Source: the human T2T-CHM13v2.0 reference genome, Homo sapiens
DNA length: 64,000 bases
Direction: 5' to 3' (one strand)
NCBI RefSeq assembly: GCF_009914755.1
Contig: NC_060944.1
The position numbers and the translations under genes were made by a program. Below are positions 1-16,320 of the stretch, in pieces (positions within the stretch are counted from its first letter, which is position 1; each line of letters begins with the position of its first letter). Below the pieces are notes generated by a model. It worked only from the letters and a program-made list of their open reading frames with translations, was not told where the DNA came from and did no database searches.

Positions 1-583
<583 letters not shown>

Positions 584-2086
584 TTATTTGTGTGTTTATT
601 TTATTTGACAAACACTTACATAACCCTTCCCATAGGCGAGGCACATGTTTTTACAAATATTAACTCACTCAATCATCTTAACCACCTGATCATGTGGATA
701 CTATTATTGCCCCCATTTTAAGATGAGGAAATCAAGGCACAGAATAGCTAATAACTCTGTGTCCAAAGTTACACAACTGTTGTCTCATGGTTTGGGGATT
801 CAGAACCAGACCTCAGCCCAGTGCTTGTAACCACTCTGCTGGCTTTCATCGTAATTTTCAAAGCACTCACAAAAGTCTTGAGAGGCTGTTACTATCATCT
901 CCATTTTCACATTTGGGAAATTTGAGTGCCAAGGAGAAAGGAGATTATCTTACCGCTACACTAAGGAAGCAAAATTCCAATCAGACCCAAGGGCCCCTGA
1001 CTTCCAGGTTGATTTAGGGACCTCAGATAGACCTAAAGTCCTGGGGCTGATCAGCCCCATGCCTAATCACCCATACCCCACTCCGTTTTCACCTTTCTCA
1101 GAATCTGGCTGGGATCTGGTGTTTGGGTTTGTTTACTTGTGTCATATTTACCCCTGGCACCAGCCTGGCTCATCTGGTTTTCCTGGAGCTCTAATACTTT
1201 CATGGAGTGGCGCTGATATCGTGGCAATGGGACATGGTTCAGGGATTTCAAGAAATTAATTGGTGGTCATGTTCCAGGCCCTGGAAGGAGTGTCCACATT
1301 CACACTCACATGCACACAAATCTTCAGCCGGCCTGGCTGGCATTCTGCCTCCCTTTCCACCTGGTCTGTATGGATCTCCCAGCCTTGGGGAATAAAAGTC
1401 TTGAGTGTTGTGTTCTCTCTCTGCTGTGGAAAGAGTAAGGGGGGAGGCGAGGAAAAACAGAAATCAAGATCCATAATCCTAGCTTCTACAAGAGTGAGTG
1501 CCCCTACCTAGCAGCTCCTTGAGGGCAAATGTCTTATTGTCTCTCATCCATGTGCCAGCACAGGGCCTAGCACACTGGGAGTGCTGGGTTAGGTAGATTC
1601 CAAGCCACTCCCCTGGGAGAGGGCAGGCCCAGGGAGAAAGGAGGAGCCACCGTGATGGAGGTTGTTTGATGGTGCACCTTCTGTGTGGCGATCCCTGCAC
1701 CTGGTCCCTCTGCATTCTGACAGGTCAGTAACCTGGAGTTTAATCACCATGGGAGGAAACTGGGGTCAGATCAGTCAGGCTACCTGCCACAGAGTCACAC
1801 TCAAGGCTAGTTGAGGCCAAGGGATGCTCTTCTGTCCGTCCTATTCTGCTTCACCAGAGTCTCCACCATCTCACCAGGGTCAAGGGCTGCCCTCCATACA
1901 ACAGAAGATTGCAGGATGGTGTCCTAGATACACCAGCATGAGACAGGTGTGTATAGGACACAGGTGCAGAACAGAGGGTGAGAATACCCATGTCCAGAAC
2001 ACTCCTGGATAGATATGCACAGGATAGATATGTGCGGAAAGGGGTGCAGAGTGCTCATGTGTACAAGGCACGTATGGATAGGACAC

Positions 2087-2735
<649 letters not shown>

Positions 2736-4362
2736 TATGTGTTGTGAGTTGAGTTCCCTCAGATGTAGGCCCAAGACAAGAATTTGAGTGCAAGTGGTTT
2801 ATTTGGAAAGTCATCCCAGGAAGCACAGCAGAGGAATGGGAAGTGAGAGCAAGAAGGAAGTGCATCCAATACACTACAGGTGCATTAGTGAGTCCCTGAC
2901 TGCCATGAGCAACTGGGGCTCAGTCCCATTGGACTGAGTACTGTTCCACCTGAGATCTGAGGCCACAGAGCTCTCACTATTTATCCGCCAGCACCTGTTT
3001 GTCATTGTTGGGGGCTATTCCTGCACTTCTAGCCTGTCCTCTGCACATGTCAAGCATGTTCCTTAAGCAGAGTGAGACCTGCTTACAGTAGGAAGCCGTA
3101 GGCACGCATGGAGAAGGTGAGTGTTGAGGGAATATGAGTGGGGCCCACAGCGTTTGCTAGAAGACACAGAGTACAGGGCACGTGTGTTCAGGACCCAAAA
3201 GGACACAGTACAGGGCACAGGCAGAAGACAAATGATTGGATTACTGGCCTTGCTTGTCTAGGCTAAAGGAAGAGCCTGCTGAAAGGAGGTAAGGAGCTGC
3301 AGAGAGATGGTAATGGGCCCCCTGAGCCAACTGGTGCTCTGTCCCCATGCCCCCTCTGGTTAGAGTGACTGCATGTGCTTGTGTGGTAGGAAAGGCAGGT
3401 TGAAGGGTTCGGGAGCTCTAACAGTGCAGACACTTCTCTCTTCTAGACCTCCACCTCATCTGTATTTTACAAAGGGGATGAGGGCTCAGGTGCCCAGAAT
3501 AGGAGGGGAGGCAGCCCAAAAGGATGGGAAGAGCCCTGGACTAGGAGTTGGACACAAAGGCAGAGCTAAATGTCATCTCCGAGCCCTCTTGCCCCATCTG
3601 AGGAATGGGAATAGCTCCACCCTCGTGTCTCAGGGCAGATTACCTACCACACTTGCATCTTGTTTTCCCTGTCTGCATAGTGAGGGTCACAGAACTCCTC
3701 TCTCTCCTATGGACTTCACAGAGAGCTATTGTAAGGAGCAGATATGGTCATGAAAAGGAAAACACTTGAAAGAGGGTAAAACACTTAAATACACAGGTGG
3801 GGGGATTATGGAAAAGGCTTGGAAGGGGAAATTAGGGGACTTGGCTTCTGCTCTAGCTCTGCTGCTATATTGTTAAAAAAGACACTCAAAATAATTGTGC
3901 TTTCAATAAAACAGAACTTATTTCTCTCTCATGGAAAAATCTACTTGGCAGCTCAGGCTGACATGCTGGTTCACCAACCACAAGAGACCCGGGCTCCTTC
4001 TGCATTGTTGCTCGGCCATCTTGCACCTTGCTGTTCCAGCTCCAGCCCTTGTCACTACATTGCATCAGCAGAAGGAGGATGTGGGGAAGTAGGAGGCACC
4101 TTCTTCCTTCTTCTTAAGGGAAGACATTGAACCTTAACCTAGAAATTGAACTCATCACTTCCATTTGTATCCTATTGACCAGGATTTAATCACATGGCAC
4201 ACTTACCTGCAAATGAGTCTGAAAAATGCAGTCTTTTGCCATATGTGAAAGGGAGAAGGGATATTGAGGGACAGCCAGCAATTTTTGTCATAGCCACTGA
4301 CTAGCCTCATTTATGTATTTTATAATTTTATACTTATATAAAATTTTATATATATGTTTATT

Positions 4363-4801
<439 letters not shown>

Positions 4802-7251
4802 TAAGATTTTGAACCAGCTGATTGCGAATGGACCCTCTTACTTGCGGGCCACAAGCCCTGAGAGGTCAAGCGTGAGGTCTTTCTCGCTCACCACTGTGTT
4901 CAAAGCATGCATTGCAGAGTCTGGCCCAGGGAATCCATAGTAGTATTGGCTGCCCATGGGTGAAGAATGGCTGGCCATTCTGGCTTTCGTATTTGCTAGT
5001 GACATTTTTCCCCACTCAGGGGTTTAAGTTCTTTCCCTTTGCATGCCTCCTGTCCCCACCTCCCGTCATCGTCATGTGCCAAGCCTTTCTGAGCCCATGA
5101 AGTAAAATGTGCTCTGAGCCAGAATCCTAAGAGTTGGATTAAAAATAAATGAAAATGCATCAAAACAAGTTAACCACAAGAAATGGCTTTCCAGGGTAAT
5201 TAGGTGTCAGCGCTGGAAGCCAAAGACAGAGCGCCAGACTCTAACTGCCAAGTTCCGCTCCTGTCAGCACCACTGCTGTACAGGGCAGAGAACACCCTAG
5301 GCCTAGACTGAGCCCCTGCTTGAGTCTCCACCAGTTCAAGACAACAGGCAAGACCCTCCCCACGAAGGTGAGGGAGGATGGGTCCTAATCTAGGTCCGTC
5401 ACTTATTGGCTGAAGTGATCCTAGGGAAATCCACGCCTCTCTGAGCCTCAGTTTTCACATCCGTAATAAGTTGTGAATAATAGGATCTATGTGTAATCGT
5501 CTACAAAATGCAGATAATGATGGTACCAACCTCGTAGGCAGAGGTCCCCAAACTTTATCAATTCATGACACCCTTAGCATCTTAGTAATTTTTCACAGTG
5601 CACCAGGCCCCCTAGAAGGTGTAGCAGTTGTTTATTAGGCAGTTAGCTTCAAACGACATAATAATAGTTGTTGGCATAATATCTGACAGACGTCATTGCG
5701 TTTCCCTCAAAATTTTAGGTATGTTTCAGTGCCTCTGTGAGTTTTCTATAGTGCCTCAGGGTGCCTCAGTGCACAGTTTTGGAATTGCAGTCATCGGGTT
5801 TTAAAGATGAAATGAGGTTATGCATGTCAAGGACTTAGTGTGGTGCCTGGTCTGGAGGAGGAGATCAATAATGCTGGTTGTTCTAAATCATCCTTCAAGT
5901 CTTATCCTGAGATCACTTTCTCTCTAGTTCTTTGTGTGTCTCCTCCGACTGCCACAGTGACATCTGTCTGATACCGAGCCAACAATACTTCCGGCCTCCT
6001 GCTCTTGCCACCTCATGGTCTCCACTTGCCACCTTCCCTCTGGGCACCTCCAGGCCTGTGGCCCCACTTCCACGCAGTGCTGTCTTCCGGCACAGAATTG
6101 TGAGTCTCACTTCATCATCCCTCCATAAGTCCACACACTTGCCAGGATCTCTTTGTAGCGGAGCATACATCCTTGCCCCTTAGCTTTGGGCTTGGCCATG
6201 TGACTAACTTTGCCCAATGGCACATGGCAAAAGCAACAGTGTGACAGTTCTGAGCTAAGCCTCAAGAGGCTTCCCATGGTTCCACTTGCTCTCTTCTCCT
6301 TTGCCAAGAGAATGTGCCCCAGCAGCCCTGTGATTCCAGGAGAAGGACAGGAGATCTGTGGAGCAGACTCAGAGCTGCAGATCTGCAAACATGAGCAATA
6401 ATAAATGATTGTTGTTTGAAAGTATGGAGTTTTAGAGACATTTGGTACACAGTGTTCTAGTGGTAATCCAACCTCCCAATCTGTGGCAAATTCAACATGT
6501 CTGAGGGAAGATCTGATTGGATCCTCTGGTCACCACCCAAAATGCAGCTGCTCAAAAACCAGTCACCCATGAGCCAATGATCACTCTCCTGTCCAGTCTG
6601 TAGATGGCTGCTTTGGGCTGGGGCACTCATCTCGGCTCCAGGCAGTTGTCCCATGATTACAGGGCATGTGACAAAGCCTGGTGGCCTGTTTGAAGGAATC
6701 ATCTCTGGCCCCTTGTGTTCAGAAGGGGTATAAATGTGGCAGAAAGGAGTTTCTCTGATTCTCTTGGGTTCTGAAAAGTGACAGCTGAACTACGAGAAAT
6801 AGCACATAAGACTTTGTCTGCATGTGGCAGTCAGAACGATTCTCAAGCTGTAAACGCCAGGATATAAGAAATGTGACATTCCTTACAACTCGATTTAGTA
6901 ACTATTTTGAGCCTCATTATGCCTAAGAGGGAAAAGACGAGGCCCAAGTTCACACAGACAGTTTGGCAGAGCTGGAGTTAGAACCCAGATATCCTGGCTC
7001 CTTATTACAATATCCCTTTTCCTGCCTCGTCAGTCTTATACTTGGAAGGAACTCCAGGTCCCATCTCCAAGCCAGTAGAGCCCCTACTCCAGTCTCTTTG
7101 ATCATCTGGGCTATGCTTCTGCCCTCCATTGACTGAGCACCCACTGCTTGGAAAAATTCTAAACAACACCTTCCTCCTACTGAATCCCAGTCTGCTTCCC
7201 TTTGTCCTATACCCACTGTATAGGACAAAGGTAGTGATGTACAGCTACCGC

Positions 7252-7839
7252 TGTAGTGATGCAGGTGAACCCTAAAATTGGGGCTCAGTCAGGGGAGGTT
7301 CTTGGCTTCATAAAGGAAAGAATTCAAGAGTGAGCCAACAAAGTAAAGTGAAAGCAAAGCAAGTTTATTAGAGCAACAGAGTACAGGAAATGACTGCTCC
7401 ATAGACAGAGCAGGGCTACCCCATCAGCACAGTAGCCTTTGTGGATTGCTGGCTGACTATATTAATAGCTACTTTTTATTATATGCTAAATAAAGGGTAG
7501 ATTATTCACAAATTTTCAAGAAAAGAGGTGGGGTATTCCCCAGACTGGGGGTTCCTCCCCTTTTAAACCATGTAAGGTAAGTTTCAGGCATTGTCATGGC
7601 ATTTGTAAACTGTCGTGGTACCGGTGGGAGTGTCTTTTAGCATCCTAATGAATTATAATTAACATTCCGTGAGGAATGAGGGCAACTAGAGGTTGCTTTC
7701 ATTGCCATCTCGATCTTAGTTGGTTTTGGCTGCCTACTTCATGGCATCCTGTTTGAACAGATCCTGTTTTGATCAGTGGAGTTGTGACTGGGATTGTAAC
7801 CAGTGCTCGGAGAACAAGTCTTGCTGATCTCCTACCTCA
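7252..7839 (-). mobile_element. ERV1 solo LTR (MER66-like)
   Basis: Minus strand begins TGAGGTAGGAGATCAGCAAGACTTG and contains AATAAA; subfamily assigned from memory. Confidence 0.7.
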
Positions 7840-7945
7840 CTAGCTCTGTCTTCTGGTGCTACAATAAATATACACTCTTTTCTCTTTAACTTATAAACAC
7901 TTACTGTAATTTTAAGTTCTATAAATTCTATTGCATTCTTTTTCA

Positions 7946-8611
<666 letters not shown>

Positions 8612-8901
8612 TCAAAATACTTTTAATTATCTTCATCTGAAGTTCTTGGGGGAAGGGGGTGAATGGTGTCTGTTGACTCTCATTTATGGTGAATGCCTTC
8701 CTTGTGTGTTCTTATATGAGTTCATCTTCAAGGGAGCTCTATCTGAGGATATTTTGTGTAGCCAGATTGAGGGCAAGTTTCCCTAAACTCGGCTGAGTTT
8801 GCTTTGCCAGTCATTTCACATCTTTATCTGGGGTCACTATGCTAATTCTTGGTTTGGAGTTTCTAGTGCATGTGAATAGAATAAATTTATATATATACAT
8901 T

Positions 8902-9170
<269 letters not shown>

Positions 9171-9381
9171 TGAGAATAGAGTCTACATATTTTCATCGTA
9201 GCATTAATTTGATTGTTTGTTTCCAATGACTACTAGGATGTCAGCTCCAGGAAAGCAGGGCCTTTGTTTCTCTGATTTTGGTTGATAACCCCAGTGTCTA
9301 GAGCAGAACTCGGCACACAGTAGACATTCAATAAGTGTTTAGCGAAAGAGAGAATTGAATACCTGCTTCACGGTGTGATGA

Positions 9382-9927
9382 TGTCAGTGGCATTTGAACC
9401 AGAGTAACTCCATCTTGAATAGGGGCTGGGTAAAATGAGGATGAGACCCACTGGGCTGCATTCCCAGATGGTTAAGGCATTCTAAGTCACAGGATGAGAT
9501 CAACACAAGATACAGGTCGTAAAGACCTTGCTGATAAAACAATTGCAGTAAAGAAAGTGGCTAAATCTCACCAAAACCAAGATGGCCACAAGAGTGACCT
9601 CTGGTCATCCTCACTGCTACACTCCCACCAGCGCCATGACAGGTTACAGATGCGATGACAACATCAGGAAGTTACCCTATATGGTCTAAAAAGGGGAGAC
9701 ATGAATAATCTACCCCTTGTTTAGCAGATCATCAAAAAATAACCATAAAAATGGGCAACCAGCAGCCCTCAAGGCTGCTTTATCTATGGAGTAGCCATTC
9801 TTTTATTCCTTTACTTTCCTAATAAACTTGCTTTCATTTTACTGTATGGACTCCCCCTGAATTCTTTATTGCATGAGATCCAAGAACCCTCCCTTGGGGT
9901 CTGGGTTGGGACCCCTTTCCTATAACA
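9382..9927 (+). mobile_element. MER41A solo LTR (ERV1)
   Basis: TGTCAG...GAACCAGAG..ACTCCATCTTGAATAGGGGCTGGG start; AATAAA; ...CCCCTTTCCTATAACA end. Confidence 0.88.
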
Positions 9928-10718
9928 ATGGGAAGAATAAATGGTGTGTCAGGACTGTGTTTGCCTGCAAGTAGCAGAGTGTTCCATTAGACATCGGGTC
10001 TGTTTTCTCATATAGATGCTGTTGCCGAGTCAGGGGTGCAATGATTTCTAATGGCTCTGTGATTTTCTTGGGCTTTGTCTTATGGTCGCAAGACAGTTAC
10101 CATAGCTCCAGACATTACATCCACATTCAAGGCAGAAGGAAAAGGGAGAAAGTAGGAGTAAAAGGGAAGCAGCAGTGACATTTTCCCTTTTGTTAGGAAG
10201 GTAAAAGTTTTTCTGGAAGCCTAACAGCAAATTGCTGCTTTGATCTCATTTGCTGGAAATGGGTCACATGGGGATTCCAGAAACAAGGAAACTTGGAAAG
10301 TGAGCATTTCCTTTATCTGGACTCTATAGATAAGTAAATGAGGACAGGGACTTGGGACACCCGTGGAGGTATATGCCAAATGAGACATATACATAGTTTA
10401 TATGTAAAGCACAAAGCAAACCCTTAGAAAAGAGTGCCTATTTTCATAATAACCATATTGTTGCCATTTAAAGCTTTGCATTCTCTGTGATCCTGTTGGC
10501 ATCACATATTCTTGGCTTCTGGAACAGCAGGCTCCAAGGTACTCGGACCCATAATGGTCTCCCTCCCTTCCTCCTTGTTCTGTTCAGAGCACTAAAGCCC
10601 TTTAAAAAAAAAAAAAAAGCCAGATTACATTTTTCAATGTGAGCTACTTCCTGCTCTCATTAACTCCATCTTCAGTGATTTGGCCAGAACCTGCTGCCAG
10701 TCTGAAAGAGTTGGGGGA

Positions 10719-10853
10719 ATGTACAAGTCAAAGATCCCTCGGGCCCAGAACCAGGTCAGTGTCAAGGTCACTCCTAAGAACACTGAGATGAAAATAGCAG
10801 AAGAGCCCAGCCCGAGTCTTGGGCAGACCTTGGAGTGGCTGAGAAAGGAGCTG
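10719..10853 (+). CDS. C20orf202: C20orf202 coding exon 1 (MYKSKIPRAQ...LEWLRKEL, 45 aa); alternative in-frame ATG at 10788
   Basis: ATG at 10719 and strong donor CTG|GTAAGG at 10853/10854 (phase 0). Splices in frame to 14070 to give 122 aa; the peptide is recognised as C20orf202, the known neighbour of RAD21L1. Confidence 0.88.
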
Positions 10854-12308
10854 GTAAGGTTTTGCATTGCTTTTCCTTGATGCCCCGACTACATATTTTC
10901 CAAAGATCTCTGGTTTTCCTTCCCGGGTCCCCCCTGGGGCAGAGGCTGCAGGCTACGGTATGGACCCTGCAGTCTCCCCTCTGGGACCTACCACACAATG
11001 CACAATTGTGATCTCAGGTTCAGGGATAAGTAGGTCGTGGCCTATATGGGAGGTGCTGGGTGTGGTGCTGGCCAGACTGGTTTTAGAATGACACTGAGTC
11101 CTCCGTGTGTGCTGAGTCCTCTGTGTGGCTCTAGCAGGGGATTTATCTCTTTGAGCCTCAGTTTCCTTATCACAAAATGGGAATAACAATAGTACCAATA
11201 TCATATGGGGTATTGTAAGGATTCACTGAAGAGATGCTTGTAATCCTCTTAATGAATACTTGGCACCGTGGTGCTGGCTATTATAACCCTGACCCAGATG
11301 GACATGCGTACACCCAATGTCTTAGCCTGGGTCCCCTAGAAAGCAGAGGCTTGGACAAGGATTGAGAAACTAGCACTTTATTTGGAAGTACAAGCCAAGG
11401 GTGGTGATAGGGAGGAACATAGGGTGTGGCAGCAGAGGCCAATGCTATGCCAGGCAATTACGCCAGACATTGTATTACCAAGCAGCCTACGGCTTCAGAA
11501 GTTGCCTTAAGGAGGCCCAGTGGGTGTCTCAGCAGCTGAGATGCTCTGCAGGGGTTGAAGGAGGAACTGCACATTGGGGGAGAGAGAACGAGAGGAAATT
11601 CATCTGCCCAGCTCGTTCCTGTCTCTCATTTCCCATTGGCAAGGGCCTCCCCCATGGAGCACTAACTCTCCTGACCCGATGTTATGTTACTTGGTCCTGT
11701 GGTTGCTGCTCAGGAAGCCAGGCTTATGCCTTTCATTATGGTATTTTCTCCAAGTCCGAAAAAAGAGGGGTGCCCCCAAGTGTGTGGGGACACCAGCCAG
11801 GAGAGAGGAGGCAGCTCAGGGAACCTCAGAAGAGGTTTGTTTCTCAATATACACACCTCTCATCCTGGGGAGAGACAGACAGGATTGTCCAAAAACGACC
11901 TTTCTGGGTTGCCAGGCAACAGGCCAGCTGGGACCCAACCCTGTCATCACCCCAGAGGAAGGGCTGACCCAGTAGGGTTTCTCATGGGACCAGGGAATTC
12001 CAGCAGCAGGGACTGCAGCTTCCCACAGTCAGCAGGCATCCAGCACTGGGCAGCTGTCTTCCTTATGCTCCCTGAAACTGTGGGTGCCTGGATGCCTCAT
12101 CACCACCTCCGTGCTGGGAACCCCACTGTGGTCTTGTAGGCGCATACCCAGAAATATGTGCAGGAGGAAAACCCTAAAATCGAGAAAACACAGAGTGAAT
12201 GTTTTCTGAGGAATTAGGAAAAAATGGGCCCAGGACCACTCGCTCTGCAGCCTGAGTCGTCCCAGTGTTCTGAGGGAGGCCGACTACACCTTTGCTTCAC
12301 GTCTTTCC

Positions 12309-12608
<300 letters not shown>

Positions 12609-12976
12609 TCACATCTCTCTTTCTAGCTACATATTCTCTTGGCAGTGTTACTCATGCTTGAGTAGAGGATGCAGACTTGGTCTTCTTACTTGTAATCAGC
12701 TTGTCACAAAAATGAAAACACTATTTTTAGTGGGGAAATAATGTTCATAAGTATCTCTTGCAAAGAGAGACAGAGAAAGAGAGAGGCTGAGAATCTGTAT
12801 ATCTAACCATGTGTTGCCCCGACCAGCTTTGGAAGGAAAAACAGAAGCATTTGCAGTGGCTGCCTCTGGAGAAGGACACTTGAGTTGAGGGATAAAGTGA
12901 GGTGGGTGGGAGAGACTTTTAAATATATGTCCTTTTGTAGCTTTTAAATTTTCTATCATGTGTTAAGAATTACTTA

Positions 12977-13840
<864 letters not shown>

Positions 13841-14069
13841 AGGATTTTCCCATGGGCAAATTCATTCAGTCCTCATGAAAGCCTTGAAAAGTAAGCAATT
13901 TGCTTTCTGCTTTGCAGAGCAAGAAACTGAGGCATTGGTGGATACGGCTTCTGTGAGGCTGTGCGAATCACAAGTGGGCTGGTCTCCGATGAGACAGCGA
14001 GGGAAGGGGCTTGATGGGGAAACATCCAGGGCTCCACGCATCCCCTCACAGGCTCCTTCTCTCTCCTAG

Positions 14070-14303
14070 TCTGAGATGCAGATTCAAGATCAGAGTCTCC
14101 TGCTCACACTGAGGCATCTTCACAGTGTCCTGGAGGAGCTGCGTGCGGACAGCGCCCACTGGGAGGACGCCAGGTCCAGCGGAGGGACATCCCCCATCAG
14201 AGCTCGAGCGGGCTCCGAAGGCAGGGGCTGCCAGCCGGTTTGCTCAAGGGGTCTGGCCCAGCTCCTCCGAGGGGAAGACAGCAGACGAAGCTCTCTCCCT
14301 TAA
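14070..14303 (+). CDS. C20orf202: C20orf202 coding exon 2 (SEMQIQDQSLLL...SRRSSLP*)
   Basis: Pyrimidine tract and acceptor ctccttctctctcctag|TCT; 77 codons plus TAA; matches ORF track 14076..14303. Confidence 0.9.
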   Translation, partial: SEMQIQDQSLLLTLRHLHSVLEELRADSAHWEDARSSGGTSPIRARAGSEGRGCQPVCSRGLAQLLRGEDSRRSSLP

Positions 14304-15629
14304 CTGGACGGAGATGACACTGGGCTTTAACACTCTCCCCATTAGTCTAACCTTTCACTGTGATATTTCAGGGGCAGAGTGTTGGAATGGGAGTCAGAAA
14401 GCCAGGGCTCTGGGTTCATTTCTGCCCTCATCTGCTGTGCATCCCTGGATCTGTCACTCAGCTTCTCTGTGTCTCTGGTTCCTTTTCTGTCACTTGGGAT
14501 TTCTTGGTGAGGCACACATAAGGTATTGGATGTGAACACACTTTTCGACTGAAAACACAAATGTGCTCTAGTGCTCTGGCAAGCACCATGGCAGTAACCC
14601 TATCCTTGGGAATTTTTCACAAGGCAATTGTTAAAACAAAGAACTAGATGTGCAGTAATGGTTACCAAGTGTTGCTATGGTGAAAATTCCAACCCCTGTG
14701 TAGTGACTTAGTGGCTGTTTTCTGTCTTCCCAGGAAGCCTTCCCATTCCCCTTCATCTGATAACATATTAGGCCCTGTAACCACCCTGGCCATAGGCATG
14801 GGTATATTACCAGGCCTGGCCAATGATATAATTCATGGTTGCCCTAAAAAGATGATTGGCCCAATGGATGGTCATGTGAACCAACAGAGCCAGTCACCGA
14901 CCTTCCCTGAGATTGCTACCTGGAAGCTCTTTCTATTACACTTAGGCTGAGGCTGCTGGTGGCCATGTTCCTACCAGGTAAAGAAGACCTGTCTGCAGTA
15001 GGAAGGAAAGAGGCTAATCTCCAAAGAGAAGTAGAGAGAGGGCCACACAACAGATGGACAGAGAGGAAGAGCGCTGGCTCTTTTTGGTCCCTGGTTTTAG
15101 GTCCTAGTTTTGTGAGTTACTCCTGCATTCTTTCCAGGGACCGAAGCCAGTCAATTTCACCCCCCAACACAGCCACACACATCAATTTGTTTTTGGTTAA
15201 GCTGATTTGAGCAGTTTCCCTCATTTGCAGCTAGAATGGTCTTGAGGAATATGATCCAGATGTTCAAAGAATCAAAGAGGAGAAATCAATATGAAAATGG
15301 CATTTCATTCAATGAGGGTTTGTGACAACAACCTCCGTAACAGCAGGCAACCAGGCTTGTGATACAGCAGAGACACTCAGTTGTGTGGGGTGCTGCAGTC
15401 ATAACTGAAAAATTGTATCTGCCTATAAGAAAGACTAAAACAGAAAAGGTGAAAATAAAAAAGTCATGGTGTTAAGATGGTCTGATGATTGGTAGCCCTT
15501 TTTGTTTTTGAAAATCTACCTGTATGTTGCTAGAACATTGTTTTTATGGCTTTGAAAAAGTAAATCGATTGCATGTAGAGGCAGAGTGGAGGGGGTGCAT
15601 TATAAGTATAATGTTTGTAGTCAGATCAA

Positions 15630-16320
15630 CCTGTGATTTTTGTATTTGGTAATATAAATGATACCTGCTCTGTGATGCTGGAGCTGGGTCCCTGCAAAGC
15701 ACCTTTTGGTGTTACCAGCTGCTCCCTGTTAGAGTTTGTTAGGCTTTGCCAATATACAGCATGGAGTTAGACTACAAGTCTAGAGGAGAGAAAAGGGGCT
15801 TGCTCCTTCTTCTTGTTTCCCTGTGGGCTTCCTGTTCCTATGAGCATCTCCCAGCAATGTTTCTTCACAACAGGCAGCAATTCCTTCATGAAGCACCAGA
15901 CTTCTCCAGGATCCAGGTTCCAGACTCCTGGGGCCCCTTCCAGGAGCTCAGAGACATCAGCTTCAGATGCCAGTCCCTCCTCCCCTGAAGTGTGGGTCCC
16001 TGCCTTACCTACCTGGCCCTTTCCTGAGCTCAGAGACACCAGCCCCAGCTGAGCTGAGTTCCTTTCTCAGATAGCTGAATTTAAACTCCAGGGAATTCCT
16101 CCTGTAAGTTTTAAAGTTTGATAGTTTCTGCCTCTTTTCTTTGTTCCCTCAGCCCTGGAGATGGCAGATGCTTGCTGCAATTCCTACCTTAAAGTTCTTT
16201 TTATAACCTTTCAGTCACCCAGTTAACAACTTTATACCTAGTTAGCAATTCTTTATATTAAATTTTCTGTGTTAAAATAACTGGTGTGGTTTCTGTCTCC
16301 TACCTGTCCCAGACTGACAC
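15630..16320. mobile_element. Old ERVL-type LTR (LTR41-like)
   Basis: 3' end attaaattttctgtgttaaaataactggtgtggtttctgtctcc...gactgacaca; boundaries approximate. Confidence 0.5.
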
